From Tubulanus polymorphus (lineage: Eukaryota; Animalia; Nemertea), in NCBI RefSeq assembly GCF_964204645.1, contig NC_134026.1, positions 24,648,150 through 24,712,149 of the forward strand: DNA of 64,000 bases. Direction: 5' to 3'. The position numbers and the translations under genes are program-made. Shown one piece after another: positions 1 to 13,268 of this stretch; position 1 is the first letter of the stretch; each line of letters begins with the position of its first letter. The notes beneath the pieces were generated by a model, which did not search any database, had not been told where the DNA came from, and saw only the letters and a program-made list of their open reading frames with translations.

Positions 1-737
1 TACTCTAAAGCAAGCCATGAGAGGCTATTATTTGATGACAGCGATATGAAAAGAGAAAAAAAATGGTAAAATAAAAAATCAATGCTGAAACAAATGAATG
101 ACATTTATCAAGAATATCATAGCTGGGATTTATGTATGTATCGCGAGGAATCCATAGAAAGAATGATACAAGAAACATTCACACAACAAATATACATCAG
201 GAGCTCAGATTCTATTCTTGCGGCGTATCATAAAAGTTTAATCCGATCAGATTTTCAGAAGCCGTCGGCTATCATTAAAATAAAAATCTGTCAATTGAAT
301 GATACGGCGGATTCATCGTGGCTGTATATTTCATCGGAAACTGTAGGCTATCATGTGTTGCTGTGGTAACCAACTATACAGCAATACCAAAATAAGCTTA
401 TTCACCAAACACCAGTGGTGTTACTTATTTCTATAACTCTTCTCAAATTGCAGGTACATTAATTTGCAAGATTTACAGCTGATCACAATTTGAAAGGAGG
501 AAAGAATATTTTCGTATGAATGAGCGATGGAATAAATGTATGACTATCACAAACATACACAAAAAATCAAATAGTCTTTGACATTTTCCTGCCATCGAAC
601 AGAGCTGAATTTTCTTTTTTAATCGATAAATTTCATGGAAATCCGTACATTATTCTAGAATGGGAAGTTTATTCTTATACTGCTTGCTAAGTTACATGTC
701 GGGACTTAGTGGATTATGTTTATTCATCGGGCCTCAC

Positions 738-3700
738 CTTAAACTGCGTGATCTCGGTCGCATCATCGGTGACCTAGGACCATCTTCATCGATGCCGGGA
801 TTGCTTTCATTGCTGCTGAAATGTTTAGTGAGGAGGCGTAATTCATCAGCGGTCGGTTGATTAGGAAGTTGATGGAGCTTCTCCTGTGAGGAACACTGTG
901 ACTGCAACAAAACCGAGCAGAAAAAAGTTCATAGCCAACCATTCTAGACGCATTCGATTTCCAAACAAGTGTTAATCTTTAATATCAAATGAATGATGAA
1001 ATCTGATCATTAATCCTACATTTTCTAGTCTAATATTAACCGATATATCATATGAATTTTCATGATAGCTTCAGCACTTCTATTATGACAGATTTTCTTC
1101 ATTACTTCGGGACAACAGGCTGTTTAGATCATTTATTCAATAACAAGCGCAGGAATAGTTCGGATGTAGATTAAACATAATACCGACTAATTAAATTTGC
1201 TGATATAACGTTAACTCTGTGTATGCACTGTAAAGCTTCATAGATTTAATACTTACTGAAAGGTTAGAGCTCGGAGTATTAGTTCCATAACCCGATGATG
1301 GAAGAGAAGCCAATGACCAACGTCTACCATCAATCCTACGTATATTACAGAACATGAATCACATCAAAATTTCAATTACCATTCCACATTGATTTAGATG
1401 AAAAATAAGCGAAGAGTTGAGGATTTTAATTTTTTTTCTAAAACCATACCTTCTGGGATTGAGGGCATTAGAGAATGGGAAGTGACCGTGTTGACTCGGA
1501 GATGCATTGCGGGGACTTTCTAATGGACTTCCTGAAGATATACAAACAAAATGAAAATCAAACAGAAGCCTTATTAGTGCATGTTGAATCAACACGAACA
1601 GTAATGAACACAGGCATCGCAATAGAAGTCTGGGAAATAAATTTCCCTGAGAGCGCAAGCGAATTTCAAATGGGGCACTAATCAACTTGTCACTGTGATA
1701 TGTTCATGCTCTGCTCAACAAAACGATTGCTGCTTGGAAATGTGATTAAAATTCTTGCCACGAGCTGTTTCAATGAAATGGTAGCTTGAAAATTATGGCG
1801 CTACGCGACAAGACTGATTTTACATGGAATGTGAAAGAAGAATGCGCACAGAATTATCCAACAAATGTCCCAGAAATCAACAATTCCTTTACAAAAAACA
1901 GTCATTGGGTCAACATGAATACTTTGAGAGTAATACTTGACAAATTGCGAAGCTAGTAAAACATAGGAATAGTGAAATGAGCTGGTGAGGAGCTACTCAA
2001 TAACTAAACAATATCTCTTCTTTGAATGAACCAAAACAAGAATGCATCATCAAATAGCCATAAACTACAATTCCAGACATGAATTCTGATAAGCAGACAC
2101 CAGTAAATGAATTATTCTTAAAAATGCTACCATCCTGAAATAGAGAAATGATCCAACGAAAACCTACATATTACATTGTACATTGACACTTACCCAAAAG
2201 CAATGTCTGTGATTTATATGGTCTCATCGGAACACTTAATGTAAGTGTATTATACTCCTGCACTGCAGGTATGTCCAAAGCCAAATAACGACTGCATTTC
2301 GGTGAAAGAGCCTTCGGCGATTTAATGTTTTTATTATTCATCTTTGACGTTTAAAGATGCTCAAATGTTTAATTCAACCAGAATATTCTGCCCCTTCAGC
2401 GCGAAGCAATTCACTTGATTCCGTTCTATATGAGACGGAAACTGTTTTGCCTAATTTCTGTCGTCTGCGATCAAACAGGCAATCCGTTTAAACATGCTGG
2501 GCACAAACGCACATGACGCTTTCCCCAGCGAGCCTCGTCTTTGAGATCAAACGCATGCTTCCTTAATAAACAACCCTTAAACTGGTATGGAGACCTATCT
2601 AGTTTATCGACCATATCCTCACCTATTATAACCAGGTATGAACAACAGACAAATGTAATCTGCTTCTGGCTAAAAAGCTTCAAGTTGCTTCAACGCTGAT
2701 CTAAATGCTGATCTATACAGTATTTCGCAACCTCGTCGATTCATCACGCTTTAATAATAATGTAACACAGTCTAATCCTGGTTGGATATAGGTATACTCT
2801 ATAACTAGTGGAAGCTATACCCGCTGATTTTCATTATCTAAGCTAATGGTTGTGATTACTTCAGCCACGAAACCTAATCTTGATTAATATTACAAATGAT
2901 TGTCATTATTACCAGTTGAAATTTGTCTAATAATTCATCTGATGTACTGTGTGGGGCACTTTCATCATTACCTTCACTTCGCAAGCAAGTACATCCTCTT
3001 ACCGCAACTTCAAGCAGTAACCAGTTATTCATCTCTATCGAGCCACAAGAAGAATAAACACTTTAAAAGGTTATATTTACTGATGATTTCACAGTAGGTG
3101 AGGCCGAGTAAATCAAAATGAATGCCACCATTAGTGACTAAAATGCTTTCCTTTTCATCCATATATCGAATTCATTGATTATGACAGGTCCACGTTTAAA
3201 AAAATCAATCTTGCGATGATTTTGGCAAAATAAATGTTGAAATAAATCATCAATGCGTTGCAGGTACTGATAGGATACCAGACTAGAAATCCCGCGCGTC
3301 ATTAACAAATAAAATCCAGGTTTATCCGACGTCTACACTTCAGGCTGGCTCTTGATCAACGACTCGAGAGCTTGAGAAATGTCACGGAAATGAAGTTCTC
3401 CTACTTCCATTCTTTCTCCGCGTCTGTCTCGCTATCTTACAACTGGAGGCTGATCGTCTTAGTCGCTGATGACAGGAGTGTCGTAGTTCGTCCTAATGGA
3501 GAGTAATCCAGTAACAATAAGTGCAGCGAATTTCATGCGAACGACTCCGAACTCCGGCATGGCGAAAACATGATTCTTATTCCGACGCTGTCGGCAGAAT
3601 AATACTGGAAACCTTCAAGATAACGATGAACGCTTCATTCGGAGAAATTTTTGATTTAACTCGATCCGAGCTGCATTGAACATCTAATCAATACGCACCG

Positions 3701-6700
3701 ACAACAACATCCGAGAACCATTACAATGACATTACGGTACCCGCAGAGGAAAGGGCATCAATACTTTATTCGAGACTGAATAAATTAATCCACCGGAAGA
3801 GTCAACAGTACAGTAGCATACTAGGAAACATACAGCATCTCTACATGATAATAAACCACACCCAGACTATTGGGAGATCTCACCTTGATACTCGAGAACC
3901 ACTACAATTAACACTGCCCCGGGTGACATAGAAACTAATGTTGTAACTGAAGACAAGCACAAAATTTTTTGTGCTTCAAATAATCGATTCCTTAGAAAAT
4001 ACACGTTGCTAGATGATTATAAACTGATACCTGGATGGTGAGTTTTTTTTTTATGTAATGAGTTATTTCTCTCAGGGCGAGGTGACACCGATGTAAGTAA
4101 ATAAACAAACTACAAACTTTACAAGAAATAAGAAACATAAGAAACTCACCTATGACACTTTGAGGAGAATGGCACCGTTGCGGAAGAGTAGGTGATGAAC
4201 TTCCAGGCAGAATCTTTTTCGTATGGCATCGACTATGGATCAAAGTGAACATATTAAACAGAAGGTAGAGAAGTACAGTTCTTCCTGCTGAGTTTCCACC
4301 AAACTAAAACTATCTATGCAACTAGAAAATTATTCGAGATTTATGTTTGGTAGATTCCTCATTCCATGTCTGAACTCTTTATTTATGAGCTCCTGATTTG
4401 ATAATAAAAAAAAGAGCCGCGATTATGTCCAATATTACATGCTCCTAATCGGAACCAGGTTATACTAGTGGATAGCGAGTGTGACTCTTCAGTTTTTCAC
4501 AGTTTCTGTTTTCAGGTATGGTCAGCACACATGGATATAAAGTTCACGCTGTCATAGACATTTTGTCTAACCGTGAATTCAACGTATTATACGATTAACT
4601 AACGAGAATTCTATAAAATTACAAATCCCTCATGTGTAACTAGATATAACATATGCATTATTTGTAAGCAGTATATGGTTCAGAGGCAGAGAAGACGTAT
4701 TAAGCAAAATCTGCGGGTAATATACAGTAGTACAGCTAGTTCAGTACAGTGATTGACTGGTTCTATGAATATAATCACTTCAATATAAATGCTGACGATT
4801 TCAAATACAAAACGAGCTTAATCAATAGTTGTGGACAAAATCATTGAATTATTAACTACAAATTGCAGTAATTTGCCCCGCGTTTATCATCATAAGCAGT
4901 AGTTACTGTTTCTGAGGATGAATTTATTTTTTATTGACAAGAAAATTGTCATGGCAACTATATTCCGAAAGCTATCACGGGGAATTTTCAGGAGATTTTT
5001 CTGACAAGGAGAATTTCGGCCGCACATCGACAGGATAAGCGCGCGTGTCACAGCAAATCAATGTCCCCGCTCGCCAACACACGGCTCGGTCTTCGTTACC
5101 CACAGCGCCGCGAGGCACTAAACAAATATTCGAAATGAAGAATTTCATCCTCGATATAATCAAGTTCCCAATCAGTACGAGTTATGCGGAAACCTCAGCT
5201 TGACAGTAGTCAATCATGTCTTCCACTTGGTTTGACGTTCCGTCCATATTCACAGAATTCGTAGACGCGAATTAAAAGTTCAGGGTGTTAGAAACTAGGC
5301 TCATTAATCACGTTCATTATTTACCTGTTTCTTCTGGATATGTTGAGCTCCTTCTGAAAAAGAGAAAAAGCAGAAAAATCTCAAATTACGAAGTTATCAC
5401 TAATACATGATTATCAATCTTTCTATCTATTGAGATTGATGCGAAAATTGATTGAAAAAGAGTTCTTTTCGAATTAGATACATTTCAAATGGAGAGAAAA
5501 TCAATTGATTGCCAATATATCGACGAATGGAAAACTTTCATGCATCGTCGATTCAGCGATGTCTCACTGAGAGGCCAGTAATGATGATACATGGCTATGT
5601 ACATAATCAATATACATGTATAATCTGAGACCTTTTCACACGTATCATATATACAACTTATAACAGAACTAAGAGATGAAAATGAAGCTGAAAAACTGAC
5701 AGAAATTGAAAATAACGTCGAATTCGCAGTTGATTATTTTCTCTAATGAAAAAGCTAGTATCATACGAACTTCAACGCATACAATACATATAGGCATTGT
5801 AACGCTTATCAGATTGAGAAAGAACGACTACTCATAAGTTTCTACTATACAGCTATCATTTTACAGCTTATGTCTACCTTGAGCATTAGTATATTGTTCA
5901 AAGGCAATCCGACTGAAATACCGCTATCACTAATACTCCGACGAACAGCTTTTAACTTCACTTCAGGACTATTAGAATACGTCTGTTTCAACAGAGTCAA
6001 ATGTCTCAATGGAACCGAGAGAAAATCCGACACTTTATCGACGACGGCCGGTGATTCAAAATTCGACGAAAGATTACAACTTTTACAAGCATCGGCAAGT
6101 TTCTGAGCTGTCGAATCCTTCACTTCGCTGCAAGAATCCAAAATCTGATTCAGTCGTGTCTTGATATCACGCTCGACCCGGTTCACTTTTGACTCCATTA
6201 TACTTTGGTTGCTTCAGTTACTGTACGAGTGATTTACTCAAAAGAACTCTACGATCAGTAATAAATGATCTGAGATAAATACTGCTATTGTAGCTACAAA
6301 TAGCACAAAATTGCTCGTACAACATCATGATGGTCGCTCGTTACCAGAAATCAAGTCCCCAAAATTGAGCGATTATATGTTTGATCTGAAGATGAGATGA
6401 TGAAATGGTAACTCGCAAAACGCTTAATACCGCAAAGGTCCTAACACAAATAGAGCGCATCATAGAAAACCTTCTTACGATCAGAAGTAATTTTTTCTTG
6501 TCATCGCAAATTAGCCAACAATCCCGGGCTGCATCGCTCGCATGCTCCCGCTGCATTTGCTAAACGCTGTAAAAACCATAGCGCCACTCAACGTTTAATG
6601 AGAACTACGGAGCATTCCTCCGTGAATTTCTACAATCAATACAGCAACTTTAAAAACCAGATAAATTACAACATGTCGAGAGTGAGAACGCGGAAGGTAC

Positions 6701-9700
6701 TATTTCAAACTGTCAACGCCGAAATCATGACTGAAAGATCAGTTGTGTTATCGATATATCCAGCATTATTTCCATGTAAGCATGCAGTATTCACGCGCCG
6801 ACTGCTTTTGGGTCCAAGACTGAACGGAAACTGTGGTAAGATTGATTGGCTATCTCCGTATACGTCGTGTGACAACCATAGAAGAACTGTACATACACTA
6901 ATAATTCCCATGACAGTCGAACTCAAACACCTATTCCTTTAGGGCGCGATGAATTTATCTTCGATAAAGCGATCGACGGCGTCAACAACTCGCGGAAAAA
7001 ATTCAATCACACTACGAAACACGACTTCGATGATGAAATGAATTCTAATCCGCTCCATTCGCAGTCTAAACAACAAATCAATCAAATTTTCTATTCGCAA
7101 AGATCAAATCAGCCTGCAGGCGCGAAGTTGTCGTAGTCCAAATATGAAATACGGTATACATTTGCAATTTGCGAGATGTTGCAATGCGTCTTTAGTTTTC
7201 AGGAAACGCACCTGAACACTTCTTGAATATAATTACAATGACAGATCCAGACTTGCAGCGTACATATCCTTAGAATTGCTACAAGACGTCTCAACCGAGC
7301 TCGCTGCAATATATAGACACGAACCGCATTTAATGCACGAACAAATCGAAACACAAAATTCTCCTAGCATCAATGACGTCACCCGATTCATCAGTTGTCA
7401 TACCATGCATGTTCGTGTAACATTCCCTGGTGGCCCGGCAAAGGTGAAGTCTTCGCAACACAATCCGAACGAAACCATATATTTATATTACATTATCATC
7501 GAGTTCATGGTTAATGTTCGAATGAGTCGCCTCGGGGTTTATCACTTTTGCGAGTACATGATAATTCAGCCGACGATCTCGCAGCACCGTAACGACCACG
7601 ACGACCAGAACATGTAACACGGTCAATGATGGATACCGCAAAAAACCCCTGCATCCAATCAAGCTCCGGTCCGAAAAAAGCCATGGATTTTGCCTAGTCG
7701 AATGCGATTATTGCTCTCGGTACTTTGCTGAAAATCATACATTTCCAGGCGGAGCGCATGATGTAATTACATCTGAAGAAAGATTCAACGCGGCCAGAAA
7801 TTATATCCGCCAACCGCACGAACCTTGCGAACGAAATTCTACAACATCGAGCTATGCATATTGACTCGACTTCTTTATATTCTCGCTTTTTCATTAATAA
7901 TATGTTGGTACTGTGCAGAGGGTTTTCTATTTGATCGTGCGAACATCTTGGGAGCAATTCTAAGTCAACCGCTCGCATGATGGTTTAAACTATATGTTTA
8001 TATGCGTTCTATGTGTTCAGTGTGTCTACGCACGCGGTGGTGCAACTTATTTGAAAATCGAACGTAAAGAATCGAGTCGACAACACTTGAAAACCGTCCA
8101 GAGACGTATTAAAGTGCGATTAAAAATACCCATTAACAATTCGTAAACTAAACTACATCATGCGTCTAAATCAAACGGTCACATGAGACTCGCTCCGCGA
8201 CGATAATGAATCCTTGAGAATATCGAAACGATCATAAATGAATAAATCATAAGAAAAACATTTAATCGTCGAATAATGATTTGAATTCCGAATGAGATTA
8301 CTGAAAAACTTCTCGTCTCATTGAAATCGGAATGCAGTTCTATATCGGATCCAGGCAGATTTACGGGAGTGTGACATACGCAGTAATCTTCATGTTCTTT
8401 CATCACAAAAGCCATCAACAGTAACCTGGACGGATTCGCAAGAAATCTCTCACACTGTCATCAGGCTTCATATATGATTTCCGCGGAGACAACCAAAGCA
8501 TGCACGACGCTTCTTGATGAGCTATATGCTAACCAACTATTCCCATGGACAATGAAGAATTACCACTTCATAAAAAACCCTACCCATTAACTAGTTGAGA
8601 TGAATATGAGGTGAGGTGTATACATAAATGATATGGATTTTTTCTATCATTTCCTGGGTGATGTTACAACTGATGATGCTCTGTGTATCTATTGGAAGTC
8701 AATATGGCTGCAAGTCTAGAGCAGAACATTTGAATTCCGCACTTATTCATCTGACTAAGAAAGAACTTAGTTTCAGCGATTCAGGAAACAATCGATGGTT
8801 ATCATGAGAGCTATACATCTTCATAGCGTGTCGATAGTTATCGCAATTAGGTCATGTAGGTCCATTTTGTGACATTCATGCATCACAGATCGGGTCCAAG
8901 GAGGCCGCAGTTAGTAATCAAAGAAAATTCTAAAAGAGAAAACTTTATCTACAGATTATGAACTCGTGAGGTCGAGGGCATAACTATCTCTCAAAGCAAA
9001 CACATCGGATCGATAAAGACTGTGAAATAGATTGGTAATTGAGTGGACCAACTCAACTATTTTTTGCAAAAATCGAGTGGATGAGCTGGGGGGAGGGTTC
9101 ATCCAATTTTGTTATGGCTGCGATAGGGCATTATAACCCAGTCCAATGTGCCGCATTTTAACAGAGAACGATCAAACCGATTCTCAGATTATGGGATCTA
9201 CATCAAATGAATTTGTGGTAAATTTGTCCGCAATTCATGTACTGGTTTGCATTCATTAATTATGTGCCTCAGAGCAGAGCGACAAGCTAAGTAAATCTTG
9301 TTATGATATCTGATTCGAGTGTGATACAGATATTTGATTGATATTTAGATTGTACTGATGGTAATGCCCAGCTTTCATCGTCATTATTCACAGTCCTTAC
9401 GAGGATTACACAATGCCGTTGCGCAAACTGTATTTACAATAAAATCCAGCGATGACAAAGTTAGAACATGAATAAATGACTTCTCTGCAGTGAAATTGGA
9501 TACGAAATTCCGAAATAGATGCAAGTGTTACCATGCTATTTCGATTATCAGCAAATTCAAATTACTTCACAGCCGTAGAGACAAGAGTGAGACGTGTCTC
9601 CTGCTTCCTTCCAGCTACGGTGAATATTAGAATCAAGGGGCGAATTTCATTCCATACACGGAAGTGTGAAGCGCTATGCATAAGAGATAGAAGTAAGACC

Positions 9701-12046
9701 TTCGATTCGGATCACGTCAAAGGAAAATGCGTTTACTCACTACCAATCAACTTCATTCAATAATCCTACATGTATTCCCGTCTGGCCGAGTCATAATCGT
9801 ATTATCTTACGACCGAAATCACGACGAGCTGAGCCTCAGAGAAATTCAAACGCCTTTGATGCAGATTTTTGACGCAAAATGTGAGCAATCCTACTGATTA
9901 GTAAACGCTGGAAAGTATTTGCATGGATGATACTACGATAAAGGGGATTTTTGCGATCTCTCGGAATTGTGCCACAGAGACAGCAGCGCACAGATATTGA
10001 TGGCTTTTTGAAAATAAGGCCAACCAGATACTAAATCATCAGCCTACAAATTATACATCAACCTTGGCTTTATCGATTAAGCAATAGTCTAGCGCATAGA
10101 CTAGCAACTGATCAAAATGATCTTACATCAATGTCATCCAACTAATCTATGATTATGTCAGTATACTGACTGCCTTGGTCAGTCATAATCTGATCATTTC
10201 TCATCAATTTGGCGAGATTTTTACTTCATAAAGAGTCCATTATAATCAGAGAAATGGGTACACAAAGCCTGCACGTGCCACTTCAATCTTATATTCATCA
10301 TAAAAAATATGTAGTTGAGTGTTTCCTAAAAACATTCTTTTTACTAAAGCTGTCAAATCTTCAAGAACTAGAACAAGAATTCACAAAAATAGCTTCAGTT
10401 TACATCTATCTTGTTTAGTGAAGGACCATAACACTGAGTCTGATTGAAGATTTTCAGTAAGGCAGAACTGAGTTTGTAATGGCATGTTATATCGACATAA
10501 GAACATACCAGTCTTAGTAAAGCGACGTTCAATGATGACGCCTTTATCAGCACATTTTCTTACATCGAAAAAGCAGTAACCACGGAGATTAGATCACGCA
10601 ATTTCGACGTAAGGAAAATTAACATGTCTTTTCAATCATTCATACACGAAATCCATTACTATTTCACTGCGTGAATTTGAGCCATAGGCAAGCGACTTGT
10701 CAAATGACAGAGTCATGTCCTCCATCAATCTAAGAGAACAAACTGAATCCTAAGTCAATTACGTGACGCAAGAAGCTTTCAGAATGTTTTTAACACTGGG
10801 AATTCAGTTGGAAAATTATCAAAATCAAATTGGAGTGAGAAAAATTCTTTGAATATTGATTCGTTGGAATTGCTACAAACTGTCTTATTACTTATTTCTA
10901 CGATAGATGATGCGCCAGCCTCCCTTTAATGTTGCGGAGATCAGGTAGATGGCAGCACATTCTTATCCGCAACAGATCGAGAACCCGGTTGTACTTACCA
11001 TGCTCGCTGATAATGATGGAGCTGACTGACCAAGGGATGAAGTTCTCATCCTTATCAAATTAGACGTTTCATGGCTGCCCGCTGAAACATAAAAACACTT
11101 GCTTACTTATTACACCAATAATCAGTTTCAAAAAGTGAGTTTATTCATTTATTCTTGTTTTCATTCATCGTCAATTCATATATAGTTTAATTCCAGTCTT
11201 TAGACGAAAAAAAAACAAAATATACATAAATAACCAACAGAATACTGATGACAGGATTCAAAAGAAAATACTTCACTCGGAACAAGAAGCAAACCGACTA
11301 TTCAGTATGACTTATAGGTAAATATATAAAATACCGTCATTTCAGGAATACAATTGGGCCATATCCTTATAGTTTAAGAAGAAAAAGCACATTATCACCG
11401 CATTGCGCATAAAACAGACGGAAGGCCACGAATAAATCAAGTTGTTTTCATAAGAGAACATAATACAGGTTTTTTTGTCATTTAGCCAAGCATTGTCACT
11501 GTCTGCATACGAATCATGACCGGAAAACTCATTAGGGACCTCCCTGATATACTGAGAAAACCATATCTGGGTAAGCCAACAGGACATTACAGATGATTGC
11601 TATGGCAACGATTGAAAACAACTTTCTCCACATAAATAAGTGTCTGAGATTGCTGCTTCCAAATCTTATCTGTAGATGAATCGGACCACAGATGATAACG
11701 ACAAGGAAAAAATTTTGAGAATTCAATCTAGCATTTGAATACCAATTATTACTTCATTATACGTCGCATTCCCCAAGGATCGGCCGAATTTTGTGATAAA
11801 TGAACTCGTTTCTGTTGTAAAATATTCAATTCCGGAATTCTACTTACAGCTGAATATATGAAGATGAGTTGCGCTGAGACCTCTGTGCAAGCCCGACGTA
11901 GGTGTACAAGGCACGCTGTCCCTTCTTCGTCTAACATCCTCCGATAAAGTTCGATGTAAAAGTCGCAAATTCTTCGGCAGACTCACCGAAAGGTCATCTT
12001 TCTTACGCGGCGATAAACATGGCGACACAGGTGGTCCATAATCAGA
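738..12046 (-). CDS. MAST: Microtubule-associated serine/threonine kinase (MAST family), shared N-terminal/DUF1908 exons; gene continues beyond the left edge
   Basis: Phase-consistent GT-AG exons 12046-11848, 11081-10999, 5353-5325, 4232-4150, 1531-1450, 1335-1257 and 901-738 translate to ...[130 protein letters not shown]. These are the hallmark MAST N-terminal motifs ([22 protein letters not shown]; [10 protein letters not shown]). Confidence 0.95.
2194..2227 (-). CDS. Candidate short MAST alternative first exon ([12 protein letters not shown])
   Basis: ATG to G|GTAAGT (perfect donor), phase 1, matching the phase-1 acceptor at 1531 (GSPLESPRN). Confidence 0.4.
5878..6198 (-). CDS. Candidate MAST alternative first exon (107 aa, [13 protein letters not shown]...NNILMLK)
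   Basis: Long ATG-initiated ORF with protein-like composition ending AAG|GTAGAC, phase 0, matching the KELNISRR exon acceptor at 5353. Confidence 0.65.
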
Positions 12047-13184
12047 CTGAAAAATATAATAAATCAGAAATATTTATTAACTCCAGTTTTCATATCACGT
12101 GTCTCCAATAAAATCGCATGGAATGTTTTTACGATGTGTTTGCGTGCATATTTGTTGACATATTCAAAAACCTTTTATTGCGCACGAGAAAAATTAACCG
12201 ACAAAGTCTATTCGACCGCTGCATGATCGCGTCATAGCTGAGCTATGATTGCGACCAAATTACCCAACAGCTTACCAAATATATGTAATAAGCAACTGCA
12301 AGAATTTGTCTTATCCTGTCACAAGAGTATAAGCTTAACGCGCACCGCTATCGCATTAACGCCACACATATCCAAAATGGCGCTGATATTAACCACTTGG
12401 TATTCTGAACGAGATGCTACCCCATGCGTCAACCCAGACCCAGCATCTAATGAATAAATATTCTCCGTAATCCAGCGTACACAGGTGGATGAATTTCGAA
12501 TTTATCAATAACAAATGTCGAGATATAATTATCAACTTTCTGTCCACACTCCTCGCAGGCAGACCTGTACCGAATATTGAATACTTATCACAAAGCGATT
12601 CTGAATATAAAGCGATTAATGACTGAATATATAGAGTTTTGAAAAGCTTTTTTTCGAGTTGCCAAAATTTTTATTTCTGTATTTTCATGTTGACGACTTA
12701 TTGATGAAACGATCGGCGGCAAATTCCAATTCGACGTGGTTATTGATTACTGATTTATCACTGGGGTGATGGCATCATTGGCATTTAATCCTGATACCAT
12801 ACCAGTCATCCATGTGCCTAGCTACAAAAGCAGGTTTCTGATATGGAGTTATTGGTTAGAACCAAGCCGAGTATAAAGCAATAATTTGAAGCAACGATCC
12901 TCGCATCGAGGCATATTTCATGGCTGTCCATAAAGACCGATCAATCTACGAGATTTTTTTCATCATAACTAGAACGAATAGAACCAGTGAAGCAGTGATG
13001 TGGATTAGAAAGTAAAGAAGAAGTGACTCGGATGGGAGAGAGTAAAGAGATAAGAAAGCCGATTCAGTTCCATCGCCATCTGGTGATTAAAAGAGGAACT
13101 AATTGAATAAGTAAAGAGGAGGCTGGGATACTCGGTCATATATATATATATACAGAATACCCATATGATATAATTGTAATTTAC

Positions 13185-13268
13185 CTCTAATCGCACCCTT
13201 CTCTTTGCCATTCTCAATTCATAATCATATCCACTCCATGTTAGTCCTCTGCGAAGTCGCGTCGACAT
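13185..13268 (-). CDS. Candidate MAST alternative first exon (MSTRLRRGLTWSGYDYELRMAKRRVRLE)
   Basis: ATG to GAG|GTAAAT, 28 codons, phase 0. Confidence 0.5.

Noticed and set aside
3441-3492. Possible cassette exon in the MAST intron (tag|GACGAA...AGTT|gtaag)
   Set aside because: Every phase combination with the neighbouring exons gives a frameshift or a stop codon.
8426-8501. ATG-initiated [11 protein letters not shown]...RIRP ending at a donor in the MAST intron
   Set aside because: It ends in phase 1 while the next shared exon (5353) is phase 0, and the donor is weak; it would need skipping of two exons.
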